This document shows, in pieces, positions 24,314 to 37,121 of a stretch of DNA of 63,408 nt. How positions within the stretch are numbered: the stretch's first letter is position 1; each line of letters opens with the position of its first letter. The stretch comes from Paraglomus brasilianum (taxonomy: Eukaryota), in NCBI GenBank assembly GCA_910592345.1, contig CAJVPI010000061.1:1-63408 (forward strand), read 5' to 3'. The translations under genes were made by a program, and so were the position numbers. The notes beneath the pieces are model-generated. The model was not told the DNA's origin and made no database searches. It saw nothing but the letters and a program-made list of their open reading frames with translations.

Positions 24314-27300
24314 ATGCTCATGATGATTCATAGCACTACCTCAACCTCAGAGGACGTTGTTAAATCACTCAAATCTTCAAAGGTTTCTCATGAAAACAAA
24401 CTGGCGATAGCGTTCGATACATGGAATTCATCTGATATTATATTTCCCAATAAGGGAGAGTATCTGGCCGAATGGGTGAGTTCATCCCTAATAAAATCAT
24501 GTGGAAAGAAAGAATCAAAGAGGCAAGTAATTCAACGATAAATATGACAAAACCATCGTTAGGGAACGTAATGTTAGGTGTGAGTATTTAACTGTGGCCA
24601 TTGTAATAATACTAATATTTGTTATACTGGACACGGATATTGTCGACTCTATCATTTCATACAATCAATCTTCGTCATTAAAAACAATAGTAGTTCAACT
24701 CCATATTTACACAGTCAATTGCAATTTAGTATTATCGTTATGTTTGATGGTTTTACTCTGACTGCTACCCGTATATTAATGTATATTTTGTCTATATTAG
24801 TGTCAATCAACCTGTCTATCTCAATCAAGATTATTGGCGTTTTCTTCATAGCATTATCTCTTGCATCAATGACAGTACAATTCATAAACATTCGACAGGG
24901 CGTATGAAAGTCGTCATTTCTAAATCGCCTCTCATAATTCCACTCATATCATTAGCAGAATACGTTGCCACTGAACAACAAATTACCCATCAGGTCACTG
25001 GTACTGTGACAGTCGCAACTGAATGCTTCCGATTGCTTGCTGAATCTCAACATATACTATTCAGACCTTCATTTGAGCATCTGACAACTCTGTTCCTGAA
25101 TGTCTGTACTATATATAAAAGAGAAGATATTATGGCTGACGAACATAACGAAAAGATATTAATTGAATGGTTGTTCACTGCAGCAGATTGTTACGAGAAA
25201 GCAATAATCGCAGCGGCGAACACACGAAAGGTAATTGGTGAGAATATTATTATAACCCAAAGTTCATTATAATGTGTAGTTATAAAATTACAGCGACTCA
25301 CTGCGTTCTTTTGTTGACAGGTGTATGATACGGTTGTTATTAAACTTCTAAAACCGATGCTCATAGCCAATCATTCACTGCATATACTGCGCAGTCAATC
25401 GAAAAACACAGAAATGATCGATGCAACAGTCAGGCGATTTGAAAATATTGTCAGAATTGCTATTTTCGTACAGGATTTTATCAAAGAACAATTGTCGCAC
25501 ACAGATAAAGAGGCACCCGGAAACGCGTCCAAAACTATCGCGGCCAACCCTCTCACTAGCAGCCTGCTCGACGTCATATCAAATATAGCTAACTCGGCTA
25601 CTACTTTTGACAAAGAAACTATTGCATGTAAGTTAGTATTGTCCATGTATTCACAATTAATCATTATATAGGAATGACGTATTAAACAGTTAATGATCCG
25701 TCTTTATATCGTCCTGGCTGTGGACAAGTAATGTCATGATTTCATCTTTGACTTAAGGGGCGACATCTTAATCCATGGTACTGGTGCCAAACCGGAAATG
25801 CAAGGCTTTTTTTTTTGAAGCTTAATCCTGTGTTTACTGTGTTATTCATCGTTTCCCACGCATTCATTAACGAACATTGTCGCTCTCCTTTTGATCACAA
25901 ATAAGTCGCTTTCCAATATCTCTAATTGCAAATATCAGCCGCTCACGTATTCTTATCTATTATATGCATAACAGGCCTTAGCAGTCTTCCTGATCTACTT
26001 ACCCACAGTCTCTTAGGCCAGTCGACAGACCGTAATGCGACGCGCAATTTTTTCTTGAAGTTATGGACTAAAGCGAGTAACGCTTTCAATGCTATATTGA
26101 AAGATAATAAAGAGCATAATGGTGTTCTACAAGCAAAGCGACGTATTTTTGAAGCTATCAACAAGCTTTTGCGGATTTTCGAGAACGACTTGTACAGACC
26201 CGGAGACGACGCCATACATGAAGTCAAGTGTTTCCTCGAAGATCTTTCCGGACTAGTGAGAGAGAGTACGAAGAGAATAGACAAGATCTTTTATCTTCAG
26301 CGTGAGCTTTTAGAGTTTTTAGTGCTTGTCCTAAAGATTAACAACAATAGCGTAGAAACACACTTGGCACGGATATGGCCTATTATCTTGATGTCTGCAG
26401 AAGATGCGCGTGTGGAAGCGTCTACATTTGTACGAGTGTTTCTCACCGTTTATTCCAAGAGTCACAAGTTGAATGTGTATTTGGTGAGCTTGCTCGAAGC
26501 AATTGATACTGTGGAAGTCATAAGTAATTGGATGACAGTATTAAAGAGTGTGGTTTATAGCAATGAATATTTGGGCGAGTTTGCAGCATGTGTGTCAACT
26601 CAACGCGAAGACGAGATTGTTGAACTGTTGTCGGTCATGGACCAACAATTACAGCGAGTTTACTCGGAAAATTTGGAAGCCAGCAAATTAGGAACCCCGT
26701 TAGAGGGATGGAGGAACTCGGGAAACGACAAATCAGACCGTGGTAGCTCTGCTCAGCTCGAGTTACTGATACCAATATTCATTCCATTTTTACGTTCCAT
26801 TAAGGTGGAAGCAAAGTTCGACACCATATTTAAAAATTTCTATAAAAATTATGTTTCCCCCGTAATTGAACTTGTTGATGTCGAACATTCACATATGGTT
26901 CACTTTATTTATGCTGCTCTTTCCATTCACTTGGCTCTTTCGGAGATATGTGCAACATATTGGGTCAGTTTTGCCGATGTCACTTTTCGAATAAAAAGTT
27001 GGACATTGAACGATCCTAGGGCCAAGGTTTTAACCTATCAAATCTTTATGCATCATATCAAAGTGGTAATCAATGCACAGTCTCCCAACCTTACTCAAGC
27101 TCATGCAAATATCCACACCAATGATGTGAAATCAATGTTAATTGCGGATGTACTGGAAGCAATACAGGTTCCTGGTCCTAAAATTACTTGGAGTGGAAAG
27201 ATACGTGATATTAACGCGGATAACTACTCACTCGCCGCTGCCAAGGTCTTTTTTGTTGATTGGTTGGACATTATTTGTGACAACGACTCTAAGGAAAGTG

Positions 27301-29696
27301 CTGAACGCATAACCCGATTCATAGTTAGATGTTATATGGATAGTTGCTATAATAATAATAATACTCTTGAATATACTCCAAAGACATTATGTTTGGAGAT
27401 TTTCGGATCTGCCGAATTTTATGAACTGCCTGCGATTAAGAAAGTCTTTTTCGATGTATGTCTTAAGGAGATGCTATTTGTTGTACCACGGATTACGAAA
27501 TCGCCATCGAGACTATTTTCCGACTTGGAACTCATACTGTCCTTGATCTCTACGTCACAGGATCGTCGATCTATATATAGTGATGCTGAACACTTATTCT
27601 CAGAGACAACCAGAATAACTCAGATTCATTGCACCAAGATGACAAAAGCCAATACCGAATCTGATTCAGATGACTCGGAAGATTCGAGATTCAATCAGGA
27701 GGTTGACGGAATATCGGTAATTAATGTTCGTTTAAGAGCGATTATCGATCTATTGCAGTTATTTCCATTAAGTTATTTTACCAAAAGTCAAAGAGACGGA
27801 CTTATGCTTGCTGCAATGGTGGTTGAAAGAATGATTGAAGGTGGAGGGTTAGAATGTGCAAAAACAACACTCGCATGTCGAAATCTCGTTTTGAAGTTAG
27901 TAGAATATGGTACACTAAGCATATTGAGCCATTCCATAGTATATTTTAGGTGGTGGATCGTAACTATCATCATTAACGAACGGCGGCTCTATCAAATAGC
28001 TAACACCAGTGATAACCAAGAGGCCATTACGCGTCTTCGCGATGAGTTGTTCAACGTCTCAACTAGTGTAATATCCAAGACGGTGCGCCGAGTTCTTGAA
28101 AGAGCACAGGATGTTTATATGGTTAGCGTTATCGAATTTCTCAAGTCTTTGTCTCCAATTAAATCTGATGCTATCATGACTGAAGAGGTATCTGGAGAAG
28201 ATGATATATTAGGCAACGATTGGGCACTGAGCTTCATTGTTGATGTAATAGATGTCTGTATAGAACATCGTGAGAAGGTAAAGTCTAATCACCAGCCACA
28301 ATATTGGGTCCCTCTTGTGAGCTTAAGCAACTTAATTTTGGAACAATCAACTCAAAGTTTACAATCTTATATCGATGTAACATGTGAGGAATTGTGCAAT
28401 AATGACAGTTTAGACACAAAGAAGGACGTCAAGAAATTTAACAATATTGGCAGTCTTCTTAGAGCGTTCAAAGTCAGCATTAAGTTTGACAACCTACTTA
28501 AGGATGACGAGACTAGGAGACGCGATCTAATGCAAGTTCTAGAGAAACTTGTTGGCTTTGCGTACAAGTTAATGAGCAAAAAGAATGAACTCGGCGACGA
28601 AGATATCATAAAAAACGTACTCACGATTATGTCTATAGTTGCTGAGAGCCATAATTTTTTTGATGGGCCTAATGGAAAAGACATTGTGGAGAAAATTATA
28701 TCGATATTTTGGGACATATTTAGCGTCTACTTGACAAAAGAACCCGCAATTAATCGACAGGCCGAGAATATAGCCTGTAAATTCATACGTTCGTTGTCAA
28801 GAGAACATTTTCAGAATATATATGAAGACACGCATGGAATACTCAGGAAGATGATTCTCAAACCAAAGCCTCGAGACGTCGACACGGTCATTATATTGAT
28901 CGATATAATGATTAGAGAGTCAAAAAGTACAAACAAATTCATAGTCAAGAAGAATCTTTCTTTATTGATAAGTCACTTATGCAATATTGATCAATGTGAA
29001 ACAAACGACAACACAATAATGCGTGTATTGAACATATTTGCTTATCTATGTATACAAAGAGACTTTACATTGGAAATTCCTGGTGTGACTTCAACAGTTC
29101 ACTCACTGCTGGCTAATTACGACTCGAGAGAACAGAGGAATTCTGCGTCAATATTCAATAGTGTTTGTGATTTGCTACACGTCATGTTCAAGTACCGTCG
29201 ATCGGAAATTATGAGGACACTCCCGCCGGTTACTGCTATTATCTATATTCTTCTCAACGCGTTTAAACGCCCGTCAACAAGCAGTCTGGGTTTAGAGCCA
29301 TCAACATTCAGAACAAAACTCAATATATCCACGTCCGGTGAAGAGGTCACAATAAAATCGGCACAGAAACTAGCAAGATTATTCGCAGAAATACCGCAAG
29401 ATACTGCATCCGTACTAAGCACCTCGGAATATAACAAGATTCGGTCAAGTGAATTGTCGAAGGCTTTCAAGAAACATGTTTCATTCATACTAGTTGAGTA
29501 CATGAAAATACTAGTCGAAGGCATAGAGAACAAAGTCAAGGAGACGCTTAATATTGGGTTGTTTTCGTTGATGGATCTGTGTACCGAACATGAGAGAGAT
29601 TTGGTAATGAGTAGTTTGGGTAGAGTTGCTCAGACAGTATTCAAAGAATTCTGGGCCGAGTATGTTAAGGAGTGGAAGTATACGGGAAGAGCCTAG
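24314..29696 (+). CDS. URB2: Nucleolar pre-ribosomal-associated protein Urb2/Npa2
   Basis: N-terminus SEDVVKSLK...FPNKGEYLAEWV. A large helical exon spans 25939-29696 and ends GLFSLMDLCTEHERDLVMSSL...FKEFWAEYVKEWKYTGRA, matching the Urb2 C-terminal domain. Inferred introns are 24523-24800, 25231-25320 and ~25628-25938. Confidence 0.85.
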
Positions 29697-29972
29697 TGTT
29701 ATAAACGGGGTAGATTGTTAGATCAGGAAAGGAATACAAATGGTTAATTCCTTAATAAAGATTTGGTTGTTTGATGATTCAGAAACACTTGCTTTCGTAG
29801 CTTTTAACGAATTAGATTCAATATAAGCACCATTAGTAATCGCCTAGGCTCTGACAACTGATTAATTGCGTCAAAAATAAAATGCACAAACCACTCCCAA
29901 AATAGTTTTATTGACCTCAGTATAAAGATACAAAATATTAGTCTGTGTAAATACAGGAGCTTTCATGAAATC

Positions 29973-30080
29973 CTATGACCAGGGAACGTAACCTATGCGG
30001 ACACAGCCCATGCTCACTGGTGTCAACATGAAGCTCACTGTGACAAGCAAACAAGCAAATACCAGGAACGTTCTTTGCAT
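29973..30080 (-). CDS. Candidate 35-aa secreted peptide precursor
   Basis: MQRTFLVFACLLVTVSFMLTPVSMG-CVRIGYVPWS*. The first 25 aa are signal-peptide-like, and TATAAG lies ~70 bp upstream. It is below the ORF-track cutoff. Confidence 0.4.
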   Translation of the reverse strand: MQRTFLVFACLLVTVSFMLTPVSMGCVRIGYVPWS

Positions 30081-31346
30081 CTTAACGCCTGCTTACAATG
30101 ATCGGATTTCTCAGTTGATACAATATAATTGAGGTCTTTCATGTACTTATATGCTTCAATTTCTTTATTACCTGTAAAGGAATCGGACTTTTAAACCTAG
30201 CAAACTCAAGTTGCATTTTTGCTCAAATTATAGTACGCGTCAGTCACGGGACAGTAGCAAGTTTGCCATTGTTAATACACGAACATTTTTTTAATCTTGT
30301 CTGACTACTTACAAATTTCTCCCAAGATTCTATTCTCTCCACGTTCCCAACACTAAAAATTAGACAAATCGGTCATAGTTTTCCTTGTCATTGTTGTGTC
30401 TGAGTTTGGGACCCGTCTCAGTTCAGAACAGACACTCAGTCCGGAACGCAGTTGTCTCGGTCCAGAACAGAGGTGCAGCACAAATTAGAAAAGAGGTTTC
30501 GAGATCTTTATTTAGGCGCAACAAATTAGAAAAGAATGTTCATGGAATGCTAGAGAAGAAAACGCTTACAGTTTATCTCACGTATACAATTTGTTATTCA
30601 AGTGGCGATCTATGCTATTTATTTCCGTAGTGCTATTATCAACCTGTTTTTATTTTTGAATTGTTTGATGGTTTTCCGCGAATTAATAAAGCAGTTCTTT
30701 AACCAATTTTCAATCTTTACGCAGCCTGTAATTGCTTAAGAGTCAAGACTCGTTTGGTGCAGATGATACTCAAAACCCAAAATTACGCTTAAAATGGGTT
30801 AATAGTACAATTAGTATGAAACCGGAAAACGTAATACCCCGGTGTTATTATTATTGTTACTATTAGCTCGATTTGATAAGCATAAAGAATCATAAATAAA
30901 GTTTAATTATTTAGACCCAGACTACGACTGTAATGGAACTTTTTAAGCTCTGTTACTATAATCCAAGCAGAACAAGACAATGCAATGAGAACCCTTTTAT
31001 CGGTTGGGAACTAAAATACGCTCCACTTTGTCTGAAAATCCTTTTTCACGTTTTAAACAGACATACTAGTTTGGAAACCATTTAATTAACATGATGTCAT
31101 AATTGTACGAACGAGTTATAATCAAATGTAACACCGCCCACTTGCACATAAACAATCTGTCTAACAAAATTCGGCGCAATTGTCAAGTCTTCGTTCGTAT
31201 CGAGAGATAGGGTCTATTCTATTATTATTATGCAATGTACATGGCAGAATTGTACCTGAATACCAAACTAATCGTATTAAGGAACTCTAAACAATGTTGT
31301 CGATGTATATGGAATAGTTTAGATAAATGAGGGTTAGTACACAACT

Positions 31347-31400
31347 ATGGCGTTTTAGCAGTTCTTTTTATGGCGCTTAGCAGTTCTTTTTGTGGCGTTA
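31347..31400. repeat. Short ~22-bp tandem repeat
   Basis: tatggcg(t/c)ttagcagttcttttt occurs about 2.4 times. Confidence 0.7.
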
Positions 31401-32577
31401 TAATTCCGTACCCTAACGCTAAAAACGGGGTTTCCTCATTTTAAATCTATTATTATCGTGCTACTTTAATCTTAATATAGAATCGCCTATCGGGTTGCAC
31501 TACTGTCGGGTAAAATTTCAGTTATTAATATCAAAATCAGAGCCAGTGACTTGCCTTACATAATTTGTGATACAAACGGCTAAAAGCCTTTTTGGATTTT
31601 GCTTAATTAACTGAATTCGGACATGCACTATTAACACTGCATGTTGTTATTCTTATCACTTTATTCACTATATTAATATATGTCACATAGATGGTTGTAT
31701 CTTTGTAACTATGTTATGCGAACAATTATGTAGAACATATTTTATGCTCGGTTATTCCGTGGCGGGGACTTGCAAATATAGTAGCAATAATACAAAGATT
31801 GTGCGAACAGAGCTTAAAGCAATGACAGTCTTTATAATGATTTTGACTAGGCCTAATTGGTAACATTCTTTATGCACATTGTATTATGTTTACATCATAC
31901 GTTAAATATTTTGCCTCCCATATTCTGCAGTCTGAATGAATTCGGAGAATTAGAAAGATCTGCAGATACGAGAACAGCGTGAGCGCGAGAAAGCAAGGTA
32001 AGGGTGTGTGATAGCAATTGTGATAACATCAAAGACCTTTTGTTATCTATGGATCAATTTGGTTAGACCGACTTATTGTCTATAGCTGGTTAAGGAATTT
32101 CTGAAGAGCACTCCATTCGCACTAATGTCATGTGTACCGTTGCCCTACCTCTTTGTTTACTTGTTACAAAATCTTACTAAATTTCTAATATTTTAGCGGT
32201 TTGACGATGAAATACAATATGTGACTTATTGTCTCTCGGTACAACAAATATAAATTATCCAATCAACTCTACAATTTATATATACATTTTATTCTAGAAT
32301 AGAGTCTTCAATTATTCCAATGTTGTTGAAGTCAACAGATCGTACGTGTACGATAATGCACTTACCTGCCACTACAGCTACCTTTGTCAGTGAATAGGAT
32401 TCCTTCTTACTGCATATCATCACAAGCAACGAAAATTTATAATTGGTATTATGTACTCTCATAAATACTATATATATATATACTCAACTATGCTGCTCTT
32501 GTTCTTTTGCTCATCCATTTGCCATTGCACTCCATACAATTACATAATTGTAATTATCTAATAGAATAGAATTAACG

Positions 32578-35104
32578 ATGGAGATCGTAGACGAGTATAC
32601 GGAAGTGCGGCGAAAGTACTGGAAGAGAGAACCAAAAATATTAGCCTCGGGAAGAATATTGACTCTATGTCTCGCAACTATAGCTGTGTTGGGCTACCTT
32701 GCTATATTAATAGTCTTTATCGCACGGTCAAACACAATTGTAGTTAAAAACGTAATCCCGACAGACACAGTACCAGCAGCTGGTGAGCATGAGTCGATTA
32801 AAGCAAATACTATTTCAACAAAAAGTAATACTTACTAACGGTGTAATAGATTTATCTTTATCATTTAATTATAAATTTAATGTTTCATGCCAGTTTCGAC
32901 AGCTTGGTGAGTATTAATTATAACAACACAATAGCAGCAGCAATTATATGCCTATATTATATATTAACGATTCCTATCCTATTACCAAGATGGCTCCTTG
33001 AAATCACAAGATATCTGTGCACAATACCTCACCCAGCCATGTAATAAATCAGATGACGGAAGATATTATGGGTACTTCACAGCACTCGACAATTTCAATT
33101 ACAGTCTCCCAGACGGCCGTTACGGCATATGGTTCACCTTTTTCCTAGACGACACTACATACACTGCACAGAATGACCTGGGATTGTTTGTGCGTGCATA
33201 CGACTCAGGTACCTACATATAATTGTATCAATCGATACTGTTATCAATGAAATGCTCACCACGTATGATTATATACATTCTTTGTCACAGGATTCGACCC
33301 TCGCACGTTGGAGCCAAAGGTAGAAAGTCTAGTCAGACGTATAGACCCAAACTTCTTTAACAGACTTGATGAGGCAAACGCTTATGTGGTTGGTGCCAAA
33401 CAAAATAATTGGATGTTTGTCACCAGAACAATAAAAAAGAAGATGAAATCAACATTTGGTGGTTGGTTGGGCATCCCACCATCGTACTATAATTGGCCGT
33501 TCTTGCAGTCAAGATTCGGTAAGTGCCAAGATAAAAAGACACGGAGATGCAACGAATGGTTCAATGGATTAATTGATTGTTTCTTTCTATAGAATCTGTC
33601 GCTGACCCAGTGAACGTATTCGCAACACTTCAACAAAACCAACAAATATATGGACATTTGTTCGTTGGCACACTCGATTGGTATACAGAAGAAAACATAG
33701 AGATCAGGTAAGTTACACGAACTATCGAGCTTACTTAAATCGCGTAATATATATACTCACGCTTATCTATCCACACACTAAAAGAACACGCACTGTAAGT
33801 ACTTTGATTACTCTACATGATAAAATGATGATATTCCGTCTCCCCCCCCAACGATAGTATTAACAGATCATTCTTCTTAGGTACTCGACGGTCTTGCCTT
33901 GATTTCTGGATTCTATCTTCTGGTAGTCGGAATCTACGTTTGCCTGTTTGGTAATTATATTCTCACTCTATTAACATTACGACAGCGATAGCGATGCTAT
34001 ATAAAAATCTATTAGTATTACGTTTGGTGTGCCATATTATTGTCGCAACATTTATAACATATCATACTGACACTAATAATTCTCAAAGGTGCCTCGCCAA
34101 TCTTGCCGTGGGGTCTATGTCAGAGCTTCTGTATGCGCAAAAAGGTCAAAGAAAACATCAAGTCACAATATCCGAAATACATACCACTTGTCGATCCAAT
34201 TGATTCTAGTGTAAGAACTAAACAGAGACTCCAGTATCTCGAAACATTCCTCAAAGATTATGTAGTAGATGTAGACGTATTACGAGAAACTGAGGAAGAA
34301 GAAGATGTTGACGGCCTCACTCCAGACGAAAAGAATGAAATCGATGCATCAGGAGGAGGTGGTGGAGGAGTCTACAACCCAGACGATGTTCAATTTGGTG
34401 AAGTGCCACCAATACGAACAAAGACGGATAAATTTAGGGAATCGGATGGCGAAAACCTTCTTGATGACGATGAGGAGGAATTCAACTTAAATAAGCCGCC
34501 AAGACCCAGTAAATTCTCTGCTATTCAAGCCGGCATTTCCGGGTTTGCCGGCGCTGGGTTTGGGCTGTTCAAATCAAAGAAGGATTCAACTGAAGAGATT
34601 GAAGCCACACAATATGAGAGCACTTCTACTGCAAAAGAACCCAAAACGATATTAGCTGGAGTCGGTGCTGGCAGAGGCAGCTCTGGAGAGAAGAACACTA
34701 GTACATTTGTTGCGACCGGGGAGAATCCAAACAACTTTAATGTGATAACGGGAGCAGACGCGCCAGTGAAAAAGGAGAAATCTTCTATCTTTAGTATATT
34801 TGGCAGAAAAGGCAAGAAATCTGCTGCTGCTGGAGTCGTCGCGGGTTCTGCAGCAGTCGGCGCAATTGGTGTTGTTAGCAGCAAGCGTAGGCGTAAACGT
34901 CGAGGAAGTGGATCAACTTCTGGTTCTTCTAGCTCGGACTCGGACTCGGACTCGGACAATAATAATCACTCTGCAATATCCGTAGAGAGAACATCGGTAA
35001 TTGAAAAAGTTGAAGTTGTGGTAGACGATTCTAATCCTGGCGTTGAAACTATTACCACGACTACAGAAGAAGTTGATGTCATTGAGACAACTAGTGAAGA
35101 TTAA
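32578..35104 (+). CDS. Two-transmembrane protein with a large loop and low-complexity C-terminal tail (8 exons)
   Basis: TM1 is ILTLCLATIAVLGYLAILIVFIA, followed by a loop with Cys and N-glycosylation sequons. A microexon at 33785-33794 precedes TM2 (VLDGLALISGFYLLVVGIYVCLFG). After TM2 comes PWGLCQ...RLQYLETFLKDYVVDV. The splice phases I checked fit. Confidence 0.85.
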
Positions 35105-36995
35105 GGACCTATTTAATAGTGTTATAAAGCAATGATTATTTATACTAAATGTAAAGTATGTTTATTAGAAGTAGAGAAGTGAGTTTACAAAGTTTTCATC
35201 TGACACTCATTGGACAACAAGCCTTTTCAAGTTCCAAAGTTTAACTAATTTTTTCCAGGGAAAAGTTATTCTGAAAGCTGACAAAATATTTAAAAAAAAT
35301 CAATTAGTAATGATATCAATACTGTGCGACACGTTGTTTTTATATGAATAGACTGGCATGTTGCTATTAATTTGACTTTATCTGACTTCGGAAGACCTTT
35401 TTTCTCTTGCTACTTTTGAACTTGTAAATGCTGGCTCGTTCATTTCTTTGCATTCGGTAGACTAAATATCAGATGTAATCGAACAATCGTTTCCATATTT
35501 TACAATGTTGTAAAGAATATAGTAAAGAATTAATTTTTACCACATCTGTTTGAACGTAAACACTGTTGACATTGTGTTGGTATATTACTGCTTTTTGGTC
35601 ATGCCAATACTAATGCCCCGGAACGAAATTACTGGACCTGGGAGAGAGATCCACACGTACCTAATAATACATTAGTTATCCGGGGACGAGGTGACGCCAC
35701 TATGAATTGTCGCGAACACCATCTCGCAATTTTTACATACAGAAACAAATCTATATACGCTGATATTTTGCAAGTAATAATATCCTTGATTTATTGAGAA
35801 TGCTGTTCATCAAGGCGAAAAATATAAGCCAGTTAACAAATCTAGAATAGATAGATAAAGACAAACCGTATTCCTAAACAAGACACAGCCGCTGTTTGCC
35901 AGAGATTAATATTGGATGTGGTATATCCGAGACACGTCTTGTGTAATACTGAAGAATAAATACCGTAAAACTCCAACATATGTATCCCCCATGAGATGTA
36001 CTCCACCAGTTTCAGAAGGCAGATTCCCGGGTACTAATATAATAACAATATTTTTGGCCTTTTGATTTATAGCCCATTCTGTTAGTATTGATTTGAAAGT
36101 ACGTGGATACACGCTTAGCATAATGTTATGATGCAATTTATCATTATGATCAATACATATACATACATATGTTAAGTCAGTTATTATTTCGCGTCGTGTC
36201 ACAATACGGTGTACCCTCCCCTACAGAAGTACCCAGGGTACTAAAATCAATTAGGGAAATACCCCGGGCACACATGCAGGTATACTAATGAATCATCCTC
36301 ATCATTGGGTGCCTCGCCAAGACATGGCGTAAACTTGTGAGATAAAGATAAAGTTCGTGAGGATCAAAATCATCTTTAAGCATTAAAAAAAGGAAAATTT
36401 CTTAAAGACAGAAACAAATTCCGCATCGAAAACCGATTGATAGTGTGTGGCCAAAAGGGTAGAAGAATGTGTTGCCACAACGGTACGTGTGTATACGTTA
36501 CGCGTATAGCATCGTATCGGTATATTTCAGACACGGCAAATGAATAATTTTCGCATTTTATTGTGTGTTTTAATTGTATCGTATATCTTATCCTTTAGCC
36601 GAGAATAATATAATAGAAAACACTTAAAACTCGCGTGTTTCTGTGGCATTGAAACTTATAAATGCAGTAAATTAGCACTGTTAGCAGTAGGCTTACTGAC
36701 CAAAATGCGAGTCAACCTGACTTTACATATTTATTGAATTAAATAAGTCTTAATTGTCACATACTTGATCGTTATAATTAACATCCAGTTCATGGTAGGT
36801 GGATCCTTCTTTCTTTGATTAATTACTTAGCGCTCAATCGAGTCACGCAATAGTGAATAAATTAATCTGTTAAACATAAGGTTTCAGTCCAACAATATTA
36901 GGGAAAGTATAGAGTATTGTGTTCATAGGGCAGAGTAAAGACATAGTGTAAAAGGTTCCTAATATGGGATGTAAACGTCATTGATTAAGTTAGTG

Positions 36996-37121
36996 ACTCT
37001 GTGTTCAATCTTTTTAGCAAAAATGGCGTGGGAGCAGGCCAAAGCTAAAACGACATTCTTTCCCTGACGAAGAAGGACATGCAAAATAAAAGGCATTCTT
37101 TTGAGCAAACTCTTTGGATGA
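36996..37121. repeat. Dispersed ~125-bp element, copy 1
   Basis: Colinear, high similarity to 62668-62794. Confidence 0.85.

Noticed and set aside
34525..34959. 144-aa antisense ORF; similar ones at 3413-3934, 18133-18654, 25943-26284 and 28367-28717
   Set aside because: These are antisense shadows of well-supported coding exons.
35620..36340. Scattered CCCGGG/GGTACT motifs and the palindrome agtacccagggtact
   Set aside because: I could not define terminal repeats or a consistent unit.
37080..37105. GCCTTTTA on the minus strand, resembling U5 snRNA loop 1
   Set aside because: It lacks the following C and the closing stem, and the second copy reads GCCCTTTA.
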